Positions 1 through 12,146 of a DNA stretch of 64,000 nt are shown here, one piece after another (positions within the stretch are counted from its first letter, which is position 1; every line of letters begins with the position of its first letter). The DNA is from Octopus sinensis (lineage: Eukaryota). The stretch lies in contig NC_043004.1 in assembly GCF_006345805.1 (NCBI RefSeq), positions 105,338,001 through 105,402,000 of the forward strand. The letters are read 5' to 3'. The translations under genes and the position numbers were made by a program. The notes beneath the pieces are model-generated. The model was not told where the DNA came from. It worked only from the letters and a program-made list of their open reading frames with translations, and did not search any database.

Positions 1-943
1 CTAAAAAAAAAAAATCTAAAATTCTTATAATGTAAACAACATACAATTCTCACTGGTATGAATGAAGTTTCTAAAATGAATAGAGAAAATTCCAAGGCTT
101 GCTTCGGTATAATGGTAGCACTTGTACTTATGTACTCATAAGATATAGGTTCAGGTCCTACAAGCAGCCTTCAATTTTTTTACTGTATAAGGGTTTTGTT
201 TTAATCTAGTATTCTACATGCTATTATTTATAAACTTTATCTACTTTGAGTATTTCACTTTTGTGTATTTAAAAAAAATGTTTTTAATGTTGGTTGCATG
301 TTTGAACCTTCAGGAATTATAAATCTTTTCTGTTGAATGTCATTGCTTAGATCTTCGAGAAACTGTTAGATTCCTTCTTTCTTGTTTAGAGCTATTTGTT
401 TAACTTGCTTTCATTTTTAAAAAAAGGAGGAAATATATTTACAAATTTTATGATGAAAATAGTTTTTTAAAGTCTCATGAAAAGAAAAAAGAAAAAATAC
501 AATGTTCATAGCTGAAAGACCTATTGAAAAATGGATGGAAGAGTTGTTTAGCATTAGTGTACCCTAATCAAGTAGATCTGTCAATAAAATATTCCAGCTG
601 TGACCATTCCAATTTTTGTTTACAGGCTGACCTAGAGATATATTTTCCAGTATGTTCATTATTTTAAGATATTAGAATGTGATGTGAGATGGAATTTAGA
701 ACTCCATTTGTCAGTTTCCTTGAATCTGTTTTAAACATTCATCCCTTTAGCATCACATAATTCTCTCAAATGTAATGCTTATTTATTCACATTTTAGCTT
801 TGAGGTTTTGATGAAGTAACTTAATTTTTAGAATAACATAGTAGGGTTGGTTTAAGAGGCTGAATATAAAACAGAATATTTTGACTAGATATGGTTGGTT
901 TCAATGCTAAAGGGGTAAACTAAATGTCTTTATTGGCATTTAA

Positions 944-1162
944 CCCTTTTGATACCAACCTGCATGAGACTGTCCCTGATTCTATGTTACAAACTTCTTA
1001 TTTTAAAATGAGATCTAAATTAAAACCTTCCAGTAAAATCTCATGTTAATTTATGTTCCAAACATCAGCTTAATAATGACAGTTATTTTACCAAATTCTT
1101 CATTATCAAAATTAATTGAAACAAAAGCAGTGTGTTTTAACAGGAACATGGTAACAAAACGG
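944..1162. mobile_element. TTAA-flanked MITE (piggyBac-like, non-autonomous)
   Basis: TTAA at 940-943 and 1163-1166 flank imperfect TIRs: CCCTTTTGATACCA at the left, reverse complement CCGTTTTGTTACCA at the right. A related inverted fragment lies at ~17290-17500. Confidence 0.7.
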
Positions 1163-1230
1163 TTAAAGCATGCAAACCCAACATGCGACTTCTTATTTTA
1201 AAGTGTATGCCTATTCATTTCTCTTTTTAG

Positions 1231-1383
1231 AAACTTTTCAGTAATAAAGTGGAAAGTATAATAGATTTTTCCAATGAAGCAGCTTTGAAGATTATTGAGT
1301 TCTCCAAGAGAGTACCCGGATTCAAAGATTTAAACATCAAAGACCGTGTCACTCTTACCAAATCTGCTTGCCTAGAAATAATG
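1231..1383 (+). CDS. RAR: Nuclear receptor LBD exon (helices 3-5), RAR-like (NR1B)
   Basis: Acceptor ctctttttag|, donor ATG|gtaatt, phase 0-0. Encodes KLFSNKVESIIDFSNEAALKIIEFSKRVPGFKDLNIKDRVTLTKSACLEIM, with the NR signature F-x-K-x-x-P-G-F-x-x-L-x-x-x-D. Upstream exons (DBD/hinge) were not found in the window. Confidence 0.9.
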
Positions 1384-2309
1384 GTAATTATTTCCATTGT
1401 TATTATTGTTTTTGAAGTTATTAAATTGGTATTTGCTTTGTGTCTAAAAAAAAAAGTTTGTCACTTCTGTTATTGTTTTTCACTAAAAGTATCCCATCAT
1501 TTCATTCTTTCTTTCTTTCTTTTTTTCTGTTGAAAAACTAATATATGCATTATTGGGGTACAGTTTGCCTTTTGAGCAAGTGAACCAATAGGGTTAACAC
1601 AAGTTGTGCACAGTTTAAGGTCATTAGCTATGTGAACCACAGATTAATGACCTGTGCATTCAACTTTGTCAAAACCAATGGTTACTGGGCACTGAAAATA
1701 TCTTACATGATTAAAAACAAATTTCAGCAGAAGGATTAGCAAATTAGGTGGAAATTGAGATGGATCACTCTCTACAAATGGGAGGTGTATTCTTTTGTCT
1801 CCAACCATTAACACATTTGGGTTGTGGAATGAGTAGTGATTGCACACCAAATATAGTCCTACTTCTTTTACTTGTTTCAGTCACTAGGCTGCTGTGGCCA
1901 TGCTGGGGCACCACCTTGAAGAACTTTTAGGCAAATGACTCAACCCCAGGACATTTTTTTTTAGTGTGTCAGAGTCTTTTGCTGAACTGCTAAGTTACAG
2001 GGATTTAAACAAACCAACACCGTTTGTCAAGTGACACACACACACAAGTATATGATGGGCTTCTTTCAGTTCCCATCTACCAAATCCACTCACAAGATTA
2101 TAGCAGAAGTCAACCCAAGGTTATGGAAGAAAACACTTGCCTAAAGTGCCACACTGTGGGACTGAACCTGGAACCATGTACTTGGGAAGCAAACTTCTTA
2201 CCACACAGCCATGCCGGCAACTCATACAGACTTTTTTGCCTATTATTTTGTTATTTTTGCTTATTTGTGCCAATGTGATTTTAAAATGAAGTTTGCATTT
2301 ATTTTCCAG

Positions 2310-2514
2310 TATTTACGTATGTCACATCGATACGATGCCGACCGAGACGTGATAGCCTTTGAAGCTGATGATTATCTAACGAGGGAGGATTTCAATGAAA
2401 TGGGCTTCAGTACAATCACTAATAGCATCTTCAAATTTGCTGCAGATTTTAAAGATTTAGGTCTTGATGACAGAGAGCTGGCCACATTGACATATGTGGT
2501 TTTGGTCAGTGGTG
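2310..2514 (+). CDS. RAR: RAR-like LBD exon (helices 5-8)
   Basis: Acceptor attttccag|, donor GGTG|gtaagt, phase 0-1. YLRMSHRYDADRDVIAFEADDYLTREDFNEMGFSTITNSIFKFAADFKDLGLDDRELATLTYVVLVSG parallels vertebrate RAR ILRICTRY...GFGPLTDLVF...DDAETGLLSAICLICG. Confidence 0.9.
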
Positions 2515-4646
2515 GTAAGTGCTCTTTTATTTTGCATCACTTTCTTCCCCCCACCCCTCTCTCCATTTAGTAAAACAGTAGAACTACCCTACAATATGAA
2601 TATTGTACCTTTATGTGCCGGGGGTGGGGGGCTGTTTGTGTGGTGGCAAGTTGAAATCTACTGGATATTGGTCAATGGAAGAGTTGTCTACACTTGTATA
2701 AGCATATTATGAGTTCTTTTTTAAAAGCTTTGTTAGAAAAGGAGCAAACATTTCTATGATCCTTTCGAGGGTCTCTGAGATTGGTGAGAGAATAGGAAGT
2801 TTTCTTTAGACCAGTCCTGACTCAAATGAATGGGCTTTGCCAAAGATACCCAAGGGCCAGGTGTTGGCGTTATATTGGGCAGTGGAGGAAATTCATATGA
2901 TTAGTCTCTAGAGTGTTTATGTCACAGATTCTGTTATATATAAATATACTATTTCTCTGGTCTGTTTGGCTAGGAAAATAAAATAGTGGCAGGATTAATT
3001 ATTGTTATAAATATGCTAGGATAATCAGTGAAGTGTGGGAACAGTGACAGTTTGTGTGAGCAAGAGCCAGTCCAGAAAATGATATGAAGTGAATAATATT
3101 TGGGTTCTGTGGAGGAATCATGGCAGTTATCATCCTTGTAAACAGACTCAATTGTTCAACAATTGTGTTGTGTTCTAAGGTTTGAGTTCAACACTCTAAG
3201 TCAGTGAGACACATTTATTCTACTTTGAGTGGTAAACTTTTCTAGCATATGGTGATTATTTACGTAGTTTCGGCCATGAACACAGCTCACTATCAGTGGG
3301 AGACAATTCTGGCCAGCAAACTGCATCCAACCAACTTGACTGTGATTCTCATTAACTAGTATACAACTTATATACAATATGGAACCTATTCTGGCCTTGA
3401 AGAATGATGACTAGTCAAATAATAATTGATGATTATGAAGATGGCGATAACAGCTGCAAACTGAATGCATGTTGAGATTAACTTTACCTTAAATTTCTAC
3501 TGGTTTGATAAAATATGTCAGGCATTTGTGTAGAGGTCCATTCAAGTGACAATGTTTTTCTTTTATAAAGTTTTAGCAAAGTTTAAAAAAAAAAATCCTT
3601 ATTAAGATCGCCTTTATTATCATTGTTATAAATTTGATTAATTGGCCCTTTTGGGGCCAATAAAATAAGTACCAGCTGAGCACTGGAGTTGATGTTATTG
3701 ATGCTCTCCTTCCCCTGAAATTGCTGGCCTTGTGCCAAAATTTGAAATCATTATTACTTGGGCAGTGATGTAGCAGAATTGTTAGAGAAAATGCCTTACT
3801 GTAGTTCATTATGACTCTTTGCAATAAGATTCCACCATTATCGGTATTGCCTTTCATTCTTCTGAGGTGTGTAAAACACCAACCGACTACTGAGATTGAT
3901 GTAATCAACTAATCTCCATTGTTGAAATTACTGGCCTTTATCTAAGAAGCAATTATTATCAAAGCCCTTTATCTGTTGCGAGGCAGACAAAATGCTTTGA
4001 TTTAGTCACATTACATTATATTTTGAGTTAAAATCCTAACAAGGTTGACTTTTCATCTGTCTAGGTATAACTAAGTACTAATTACACTCCCATAAAACTT
4101 GTGGCCTTGTACCTATCTTAGAAAGTGTTAATACTGGTTTCAAAATTTTGCACAAGGCCAGCAAGTTTTGGGGAGGGGATAAGTTGATTGCATTGACCCC
4201 AGTACTTGACTGGTACTTATTTTAACAATCCCAAAAGGATAAAAGGTGAAGTCGACCTTGGTGGAATTTGAACTCAGAATGTAAAGTCAGCTGAAATGCC
4301 CCTTATAATTTCACCTGGTGGGCTTGCTAATGATTCTACTGGCTCACTGCCCTAGAGATTATTTATATTAACATTTAAAAATTAGTAGCATGCTAAACCT
4401 TATAACATTTAGTTTTGGTTCCCCTGCATTTGGACTTCAAATTCTGCAAAAGTTGATTTTGTTTTTCATCCCTCCAAAGTTCACCCTAGTGGAATTTGAA
4501 CTGAAAGAATGTAAAATAATGTAACTAGATACAACATGGCTCTTTGTTCAGCACTCAACTGCTTTTAACCATTCAGTACTGATTATAGCTACCATTATTT
4601 ATTTCTATAATTATATTTATGACCATTTTTATTGTTGCTGTTTTAG

Positions 4647-4805
4647 ATCGCTGTGATTTGAATGAACCAGAACGTGTAGAAGAGTTGCAAGGTCCATTGC
4701 TTGATTTGTTGAGGAAATATTCACGTTTAAATCATGAGCATGATCCTAATGTCTTTCCAAAAACCCTTTTGAAATTAACTTCACTTCGATCATTGAGTTT
4801 GCAGA
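4647..4805 (+). CDS. RAR: RAR-like LBD exon (helices 9-11)
   Basis: Acceptor gctgttttag|, donor CAGA|gtaagt, phase 1-1. DRCDLNEPERVEELQGPLLDLLRKY...FPKTLLKLTSLRSLSLQ resembles RAR [25 protein letters not shown]...FPKMLMKITDLRSIS. Confidence 0.92.
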
Positions 4806-5270
4806 GTAAGTTACTCTCTTTCTAAATACCTTTTTATTTTTGTCGTTTTTCTTTTCATATGTATCTCTCCATTTTTGTAGCTTTGCAGCTTCTATTTTCA
4901 TATTCAGTTATTTATTTATCCCCTTCTGTAATCTTCCTCATCATTTTAATTATTGGATTACTTCGTGAATGAGACCAAGGGTCCTTAAATTCAATATAAG
5001 AGTAATAATGATATATAATAAAGCTGCTGACTTTATTATGAGCAGTTCTTAATTGTACCACTCTTTATGAACAAAATTTTCCTTCCAATTACAAAACTGT
5101 GAACTGAATGAACCAGAACATTTTCCCCAGATTAGACCATTTCCTTCAGAAAGCTGCTACTACTACCTAAACCTCTTCAGGCCGTGTCCAACTGAAGCCT
5201 ACCAAACAGATTGGCAAAATCCTACTAACCTACTGACTACAGCACAACCACTCATTCACATAGTGTTCTT

Positions 5271-5271
<1 letters not shown>

Positions 5272-5316
<45 letters not shown>
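5272..5316. repeat. (CT)n microsatellite
   Basis: Direct reading of the sequence. Confidence 0.95.
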
Positions 5317-5321
<5 letters not shown>

Positions 5322-5552
5322 CTTCTACTTTAGACTCTGTTCCTTTGAACTAACTATATACTAACTCACCCTTCTCTCTTCCTCCTGTCATCCCTGTTTA
5401 GACCCATGGTCATTTTAATAGCCTTTATAAGCTACCAGCTAAATAGTGTACTGGAGCTTATCACACACAACGACAGACATAGATTAGTATTTGTCCCTAG
5501 ATTCTCCCCCACCCTAAGAGTGGGGCAACTGCCCAGTGAGTCCATACCTTAA

Positions 5553-6140
5553 CTCTTTAGCATTCAAATTACCTTATCAAATATAATGCTGATTTATTCA
5601 TATTGTTTTGAATTAATCATTCACTATCTCATAGCTTTACGATCTCTAACTGTGGAGGGAACCCGTGGAAGAGGTAGACCTAGGAAGATGAGATGGTGAA
5701 GCACGATCTTTGAAAGTGGGGCCTTGTGGAGGCGATGTCAAATGAATGTAACCTTTGGCGATTTGCTGTGCTTGAGAAGGCTTGTCAAACCAATGGCCAG
5801 TGCTGGTGACATGATATGGCATCCGTGCCAGTGACACACAAAAGCACCCATGCCGCTGGCACATAAAGGGCACCCTCTATACTCTCATAGTGGTTGGTGT
5901 TAGGAAGGGCATCTAGCTATAAAAACCAAGCTAAATTAAGACTGGAACCTGGTGTAACTCTGGTTTACTAGTTCCAGTCAAGCTGTCTAACCCATGCCAG
6001 CATGGAAAGCAGGTGTTAAATGATGATGATGTGTATTTTTAGAATGATATTGTAGGATACATGTGAGAGGCCAGATCTGTCTGGTTTGAACATAAGACAG
6101 AGTATTTGTGCCAAATATGGCTGATTTAAATGTTAAAGGG
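5553..6140. mobile_element. TTAA-flanked MITE interrupted by an RTE 3' fragment
   Basis: ttaa|ctctttagcattc at 5549 and aatgttaaaggg|ttaa at 6141-6144. The interior 5645-6035 is a different element. Related copies lie at ~740-920 and ~7146-7354. Confidence 0.6.
5645..6035 (+). mobile_element. 3' fragment of an old, abundant RTE-clade LINE
   Basis: Decayed G-x-x-G-R-G-R-P coding end followed by the 3' UTR, ending gttaaatgatgatgat. Homologous to 22250-22895 and 27281-28220. Confidence 0.7.
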
Positions 6141-7679
6141 TTAAGACACCATTGCTTAGATCCCATGTCAAGCACTTCGTATCCCCTACCCACCACACAC
6201 ATCTTTTTTTTTGTAGCAGACACTGATATTTTAGCTGAATATCAACCACATCAACATCAGCCATTTTTTGGTAGGTCTGCAAAGGTTCTGGTCAATAATG
6301 ATTGGCTAAAATCCTTGACAGCATTGTTCCAGCATGGCCACAGTTCTGTAAATGACACCAGTAACAATTTGACAAGTAAATGTGTTTGCTGCAGAGGGAA
6401 TAAGTATGTTGAAATGGTGTGCTATATTAGGTATGTCCTGAGTTCAAATGCCACCAGGGGCGACTTTGGCTATCATCCTTTCAGGGTCAATGAAATAAGC
6501 ACCAGTTGAGTGGCATATTCTCCAAAACTGCTAGTCTTGTGCCAAAATTTGAAACCTATTGGGTTGGTGCATAATTATTGCGTTTTTTTTTCAACAAATT
6601 TTATTCAACGAAAGCAATAACAGCATGTAACAAAAACATCTTTAAATGATTATTGTGGATCATATTCTCCATCTACTTCAATTACTGCTTCCCATTTGCT
6701 TGGCAGATGGTCAGACTGTCATTTAAAGCTATTTTTGTTAAATATTGTTATTGTTTTTGTTGAAAAAAAGCCACTATTAGGAATAAAGACTGTGTTGAGA
6801 CAAAGCAACAAATGTGTAGGTGCAAGCATGGCTGTGCAGTGGAGAAGTTTGCTTCTCACCCTCATGGTTTCACATTTAGTCACACTGCATGAGCAAGTGG
6901 ATTAGAGCATTGTAAAGAGAAATAAAAAACAAAAGCTGTGAATTGCATGAGGTAAACCTGTGCAAACATTGCTGTAACTATATATATATATATGTGCATG
7001 CAGCTAACAGAATTTAGTTTCATTCTTACAATGTCGATTGTTCATATCTGTACGTAGTCATAAAGTGATTTTTAAGTTCACTGCTGTTTACTTATCTCAT
7101 TCTAAATTATGGCCTTGTGCCAATATAAGAAACCAGTGTTAGTAACCCCTTGGCATTCAGATTATTCTGTTAGATGTAAGGTTTCTTTATTCACATTACT
7201 CAGGCTTTATCTTGTAGCTTTCAGATTTCAGTGATGTGACTTTTTATTTCCAGGATGACATTGTTGGGTAGGTGTGATAGGACAAATCTGACCAGTTTGA
7301 ACATAAAACAGGATAAATATACTGGTTGAATATGGCTGGTTAAATGCTAAAAGTCTAACGTTAGGCTTTGTCAAATCTACCCAGGACTTGTTGTTACTGC
7401 CAAAATGTTTACCAACATTTCTTATGGCTTTATGTTCTGAGTTCAAATGCTGCTATTGTCAGCTTTGCCTTTCGTCCTTTCAAAGGTCGATAATATAAGT
7501 ATCTGTAATGTAATTGATTGACCCCTTCCCCTAAAATTACTAGCTGTATGCCATAATTTGAAACCATTATTATTACTGTTATTAGCAATTATAACTGTAA
7601 AGGGTTATTGATTTATATATTCATGGTCTGACATCCTCTTTTCTCTATTATATCTGATGTACTTTTGTCTTCATTGCAG

Positions 7680-7780
7680 GTGCCATCCACATCTTAAACA
7701 ATCAAAGTGTACACAACCTGAACTCACCTTTAATCGTGGAAATGCTTGACCGTGAAGAAAATATCAACTTGCCATCTTAG
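7680..7780 (+). CDS. RAR: RAR-like terminal coding exon (helix 12 / AF-2)
   Basis: Acceptor cttcattgcag|, phase 1. (S)AIHILNNQSVHNLNSPLIVEMLDREENINLPS*, TAG at 7778-7780. PLIVEML matches RAR AF-2 PLIQEML. Confidence 0.88.
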
Positions 7781-10700
7781 AAAGTTTACATGAAACCATG
7801 TTTCACCTTGTTGACAGAAAAGATAAACACCATACATACACATTTATATTAACATATACATCTGTACATATATACATACATGCATAAATATACACATACA
7901 ATACATATTTTTTCATGATAGTAGGAGTATGAAAGTTTGGGCCATGTCTGGATTTATAACATCCTATGGACAAAAAGTTGTACTATTTTACATGTTTTGA
8001 TTTGTCCACTTTTGAAATTACCCCCCCCCCCCCCCGATTATTTTAGATTTGTGTTTCCTTTTTATCAGCCTCGGTTGGAGTATTTTGTTACTCCCTACAC
8101 TTATTTGTGACATATTCAAATAATGAACAAAACAAGGCCTTACTTCAGAAAACCTTTGGCATCTATATTATTAACAAGCACTGACTTATGTTACAATTAA
8201 TTTTCAAAATAATCAAGAATTTACAGGAGTTTAGTTAATTAATTGTAATATATTTATTGCTATATTAAAAAGTTATTCGATATTCCAAGCTAGTGTTTAT
8301 TGGTATGTTAAGCAAGTGTCAGTAAACTGTATCTTTTGATCTTAGTATAGTTACAAGACTACCCTTAGTTCTATTTTATTCACTAAATATACATGTTAAA
8401 AAATTCATAGTAAAATATATTTTAATCTGGCCACTAGGGGCAGAGGACTGGGGAAGTCATTAGAGCATTGGAAAAATACCTCATTGTACTTCTTCTGACT
8501 CTTTATGTTCTGAGTTCAAATCCTGTCTAGATCAGCTTTGCTTTTCATCTTCTTAGAGTTAATAAAATAAAGTACCAGTCAATTTAGTCACACACAAACA
8601 TATCATTAAATATGAAGCCTTGTGCCTATATTGAAAAATAATTATTTCATGAACACTAACACAGTATTTTACTTGGTAAAAGTTCAGTGATATTTTCATG
8701 AGGCCTACAGTTATAAATACACTAGTCCAAGGCCAGAAATAACAGCTAAATGTTCCTGAAATCAAACTTTGCCATCTTAAATAAAGAAAGCATACATTAG
8801 ATAATATTGTTCTAGATATACCTTTAAAATACCAGGTTGAGGATAGGGTTGACTTGGAGGTTAAATAACTAATAAGTAATATAATTATTTTGCAACTAGA
8901 TCTCTTTTGAAATTTTTGATTATTTTGAAAATGAATTGAAAGATCTTACCAGTGTGTTTTTGAGTTAGAAATATGGTTTGGAGAGAGTTAAACTTGAGTG
9001 TGATATTTTATTTATTGGTATATTCCGTTAACTTACAGAATAAGAGGCATTTATGTATTTGCTGGACATTTGAATAATGAAATAATAGGATCACAACCGA
9101 GATTTTAGTCTGAAAATCTTAATACAAGTGTCTTTGGGCAAATCGGTATTGAAAGAGAGACATACTGATAGATAGGTATGTATATTTATATACTGAGAGA
9201 GAGAGAGGGGTTCTTGAGTGCATTCTGCACACTAAGGTCCATAATTCAATGTTAGCTTCCATGAACTTCCTGCAATCTCATTCTCTCTCATTTGTAGAAA
9301 AGGTAGGCAGTGGGCTGGCAGAATCATTAGCATGCAGGACAAAATGCTTAGTGGAATTTCATCCGTCTCTACACACTAAATTCAAATTCTGCCAAGGTCG
9401 ACTTTGCCTTTCATCCTTTCAGGGTTGATAAAATAAGTATTAGTCAAGTACTGGGGTCGATGCAATCGACCATTACCCTCCCCTCAAAAACTACTGGCCT
9501 TCTGCCAAAATTTGAAACCATTATTATTATTATTATTATTATTATTATGATGATGATGGTAGTGATATTATTTTCAAGGGCGTTGGCTTATCAATAGTAT
9601 TAAGTGTCTCAACGAGAACTGGGTTAAAACTCTACATGGGTCAGGTTTACCTGGAAGCAGTTGATGAAATAAGAGGATTGGATTTGACCAATTCATTATA
9701 TTTGACTTGCTTGCAAAACTTGGTACAAAAGTAGGTGAAAGAAATAATGATTATTATTGTAAAGCAGAACAATGGCACTTAATAATTATCTGTTTTTCTT
9801 TCAGTTCTTCTTATCTTGCAAGATACTTTGTTGCATTGTTTGAACCTAAGAATAGAGAACTGCACTTAATGCAGAATCTAAGATTGTTTACCTTGCTGTG
9901 TTGCGTTATTAATAACGGTGAAACTTTCTATTGTTGCCAAGGTCACAATTTTAATTTGTAAGTATTTTGTTTATGTCACCAACACTTGTAGAAAGGATGA
10001 ATATCAGATTTCCATTTATTCTTTCCAGCATAATTTTTTTATTTATGTAAGAAATGCTGGCTGTATTATGGAAGCACAGACAATTACATCATTGGATAAA
10101 AAGCATTCGAATTTCTAGAATATTTGATATAAACAAGTTTATATTTGCATAATATATTGAGAAAGAATATAGATAACCACTTTGAACAAAAGTTCTTAAC
10201 TGTTGCTATGGTTTTCCCACATTTTCCTTAACTCATTCGCACCTGTTCTTGCCAATTAGTGTCCCTGTAAGGACTGTTTTTAGTATTGGGACCAGCTCCA
10301 TCGAGAATGCATTAATGCATGTGTCTGATGATGATGATGATTCTTCTGAATGTAAATCTGTGTTTGCTGTCCCTGTTTGATCAGCAATTACTCCAACAGT
10401 ATTTGCTTACTCATGAGATATGCTGACCCTGTATCTCCTCTCATTGGTGACTGTAATGAGAGGATGACAAAACATAGAAAGCTGTCTTCAGTGTTGCCTA
10501 AATAGTACAAACATTCCATAACTTTGTTTTTGGGTTTTGTTAGATTGCCTTTCATATATTTGGGTTTTGTTAGATTGCCAGATGCTTTCTATTAATCTAG
10601 TGGCTTCAACCTGTTATACAATATTTGTAAGCAGGAGTTTCTATTAATTACTATTATGGTATTGGGGTCTTTTTCTTTTTATGGGAAGTTGAGATGTCCA

Positions 10701-11194
10701 CCCAAACATAGGGTACTAGGTGCTGTGTTTTTCCCCATATTCTAACCCAGAACCTTTCTGATAAGGTTCCTTCTGTTGGGTGCAGAGCCTTCAATGGTGT
10801 GTCTTTCATAATCACTTACATACTTATCAACGAAACTATGGTAAAGATGACAGCAACTGAAGAAAGTCTTGCACAAAGGGAAAGTTGATTCCACCCACTT
10901 CTCCCAAGAATACGTACACAAACACACTGATTAACAGACCCTTAAAACTACATATTGACATATGCTCAAAGCCATGCACACAGATTGATGCTATATGCCA
11001 AAAACATATCCGGTGGATTTCATGTTTAAAAAAAAATATCAATTACAAAACATGTGATATTGTTATTATATAGTATTGAAGGCAGTTTTCATGGTAGCGA
11101 CAGCAGAGTAGTAGCCAGTGTTAGGGTCAACTTTGACTTCCGTCTTTTCCAGGGACTAATAAGCAAAAATATACCAGTTATTTACTGTTGTTGG

Positions 11195-11629
11195 TTCTAG
11201 GAACATTCACCATGAACATTTTTGCCATAGGAAAACTCACAGTATAGGAAATTTTGCCGTAAGATAATTTCGCCATATAGATAATTTCAAAGAAACCTGA
11301 TTTAGAGAAATTGCAGCTCTGAAAAAAAATTGTTTTTTTATATAAACTGTTTTTTGCTTTCTTTTTGTTCTTTGTAAATGTTATCATATTTATATTGTAT
11401 TTTTATTTAAGCAGATTTAAAAATTTTTTTTTTAAGCATTATCATCTTTTAGATTGCTTTATTTTGGCCCCCCTCTCTTGTAGCTTTGCCATAATAATAT
11501 AATAGATAGGTTAGTTGAAACAATTATATACCAAGGGAGCAATTCATCTTTTTTTTTTTTTTCTGGTGAAATTGTCTTGCAGCAAACTTTCCTACGGCCA
11601 AAAATCCTGTGGCAAACTTTCTGGATATG
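11195..11629. mobile_element. Foldback/MITE-like element with subterminal tandem subrepeats
   Basis: The left end repeats ttttgccata / ttttgccgta / tttcgccata. The right end carries inverted counterparts (tacggccaaa, gtggcaaact). The centre is AT-rich. Confidence 0.45.
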
Positions 11630-12111
11630 GCTGTTGTTGATTCAGTCAACTATATTGTCTTCCCTGTCAAAATTCTAGCTTTATTCCAATGTAAGACAAG
11701 AGTTTTGCACAGTATTGTGGTGACTGTGTTAGAATTTGGATATAACACTCCTGCTAAACTGTCGTTAAGCTCTGTAAACTTGACTTCCTCCTTAATTCAT
11801 TAATCTTGGCTTTGCTCAAACATGTTATTAATATCCTTAAATTTCACTTGGGCCAAGCTTCTCATTCACTCCTCAAACTCAACAGACTCTCAATCACATC
11901 ATTTAGTATTTCACACACATTCAAAATTTGAACAACAATTCATCTACACAAGCCCCCTATTTTTTTCCCCCCTTTTTTTGACAGGCAGGGATCTTTTTAA
12001 TACATTCCCATCAACTATTACGTTTTCATCAGTTGTCACCACAGCCATCACTCTCCACTTTCATGTGTTCATGGGATTTCTGGGATCTGCTTCATCTAAT
12101 AACATTTTCTC

Positions 12112-12146
<35 letters not shown>

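Noticed and set aside
8021-8035. C15 run, and G runs at ~17452 and ~51977, as G-quadruplex elements
   Set aside because: Isolated homopolymers common in this type of genome, with no supporting context.
10529-10579. 21-bp direct repeat with period 30
   Set aside because: Simple local slippage duplication with no further structure.
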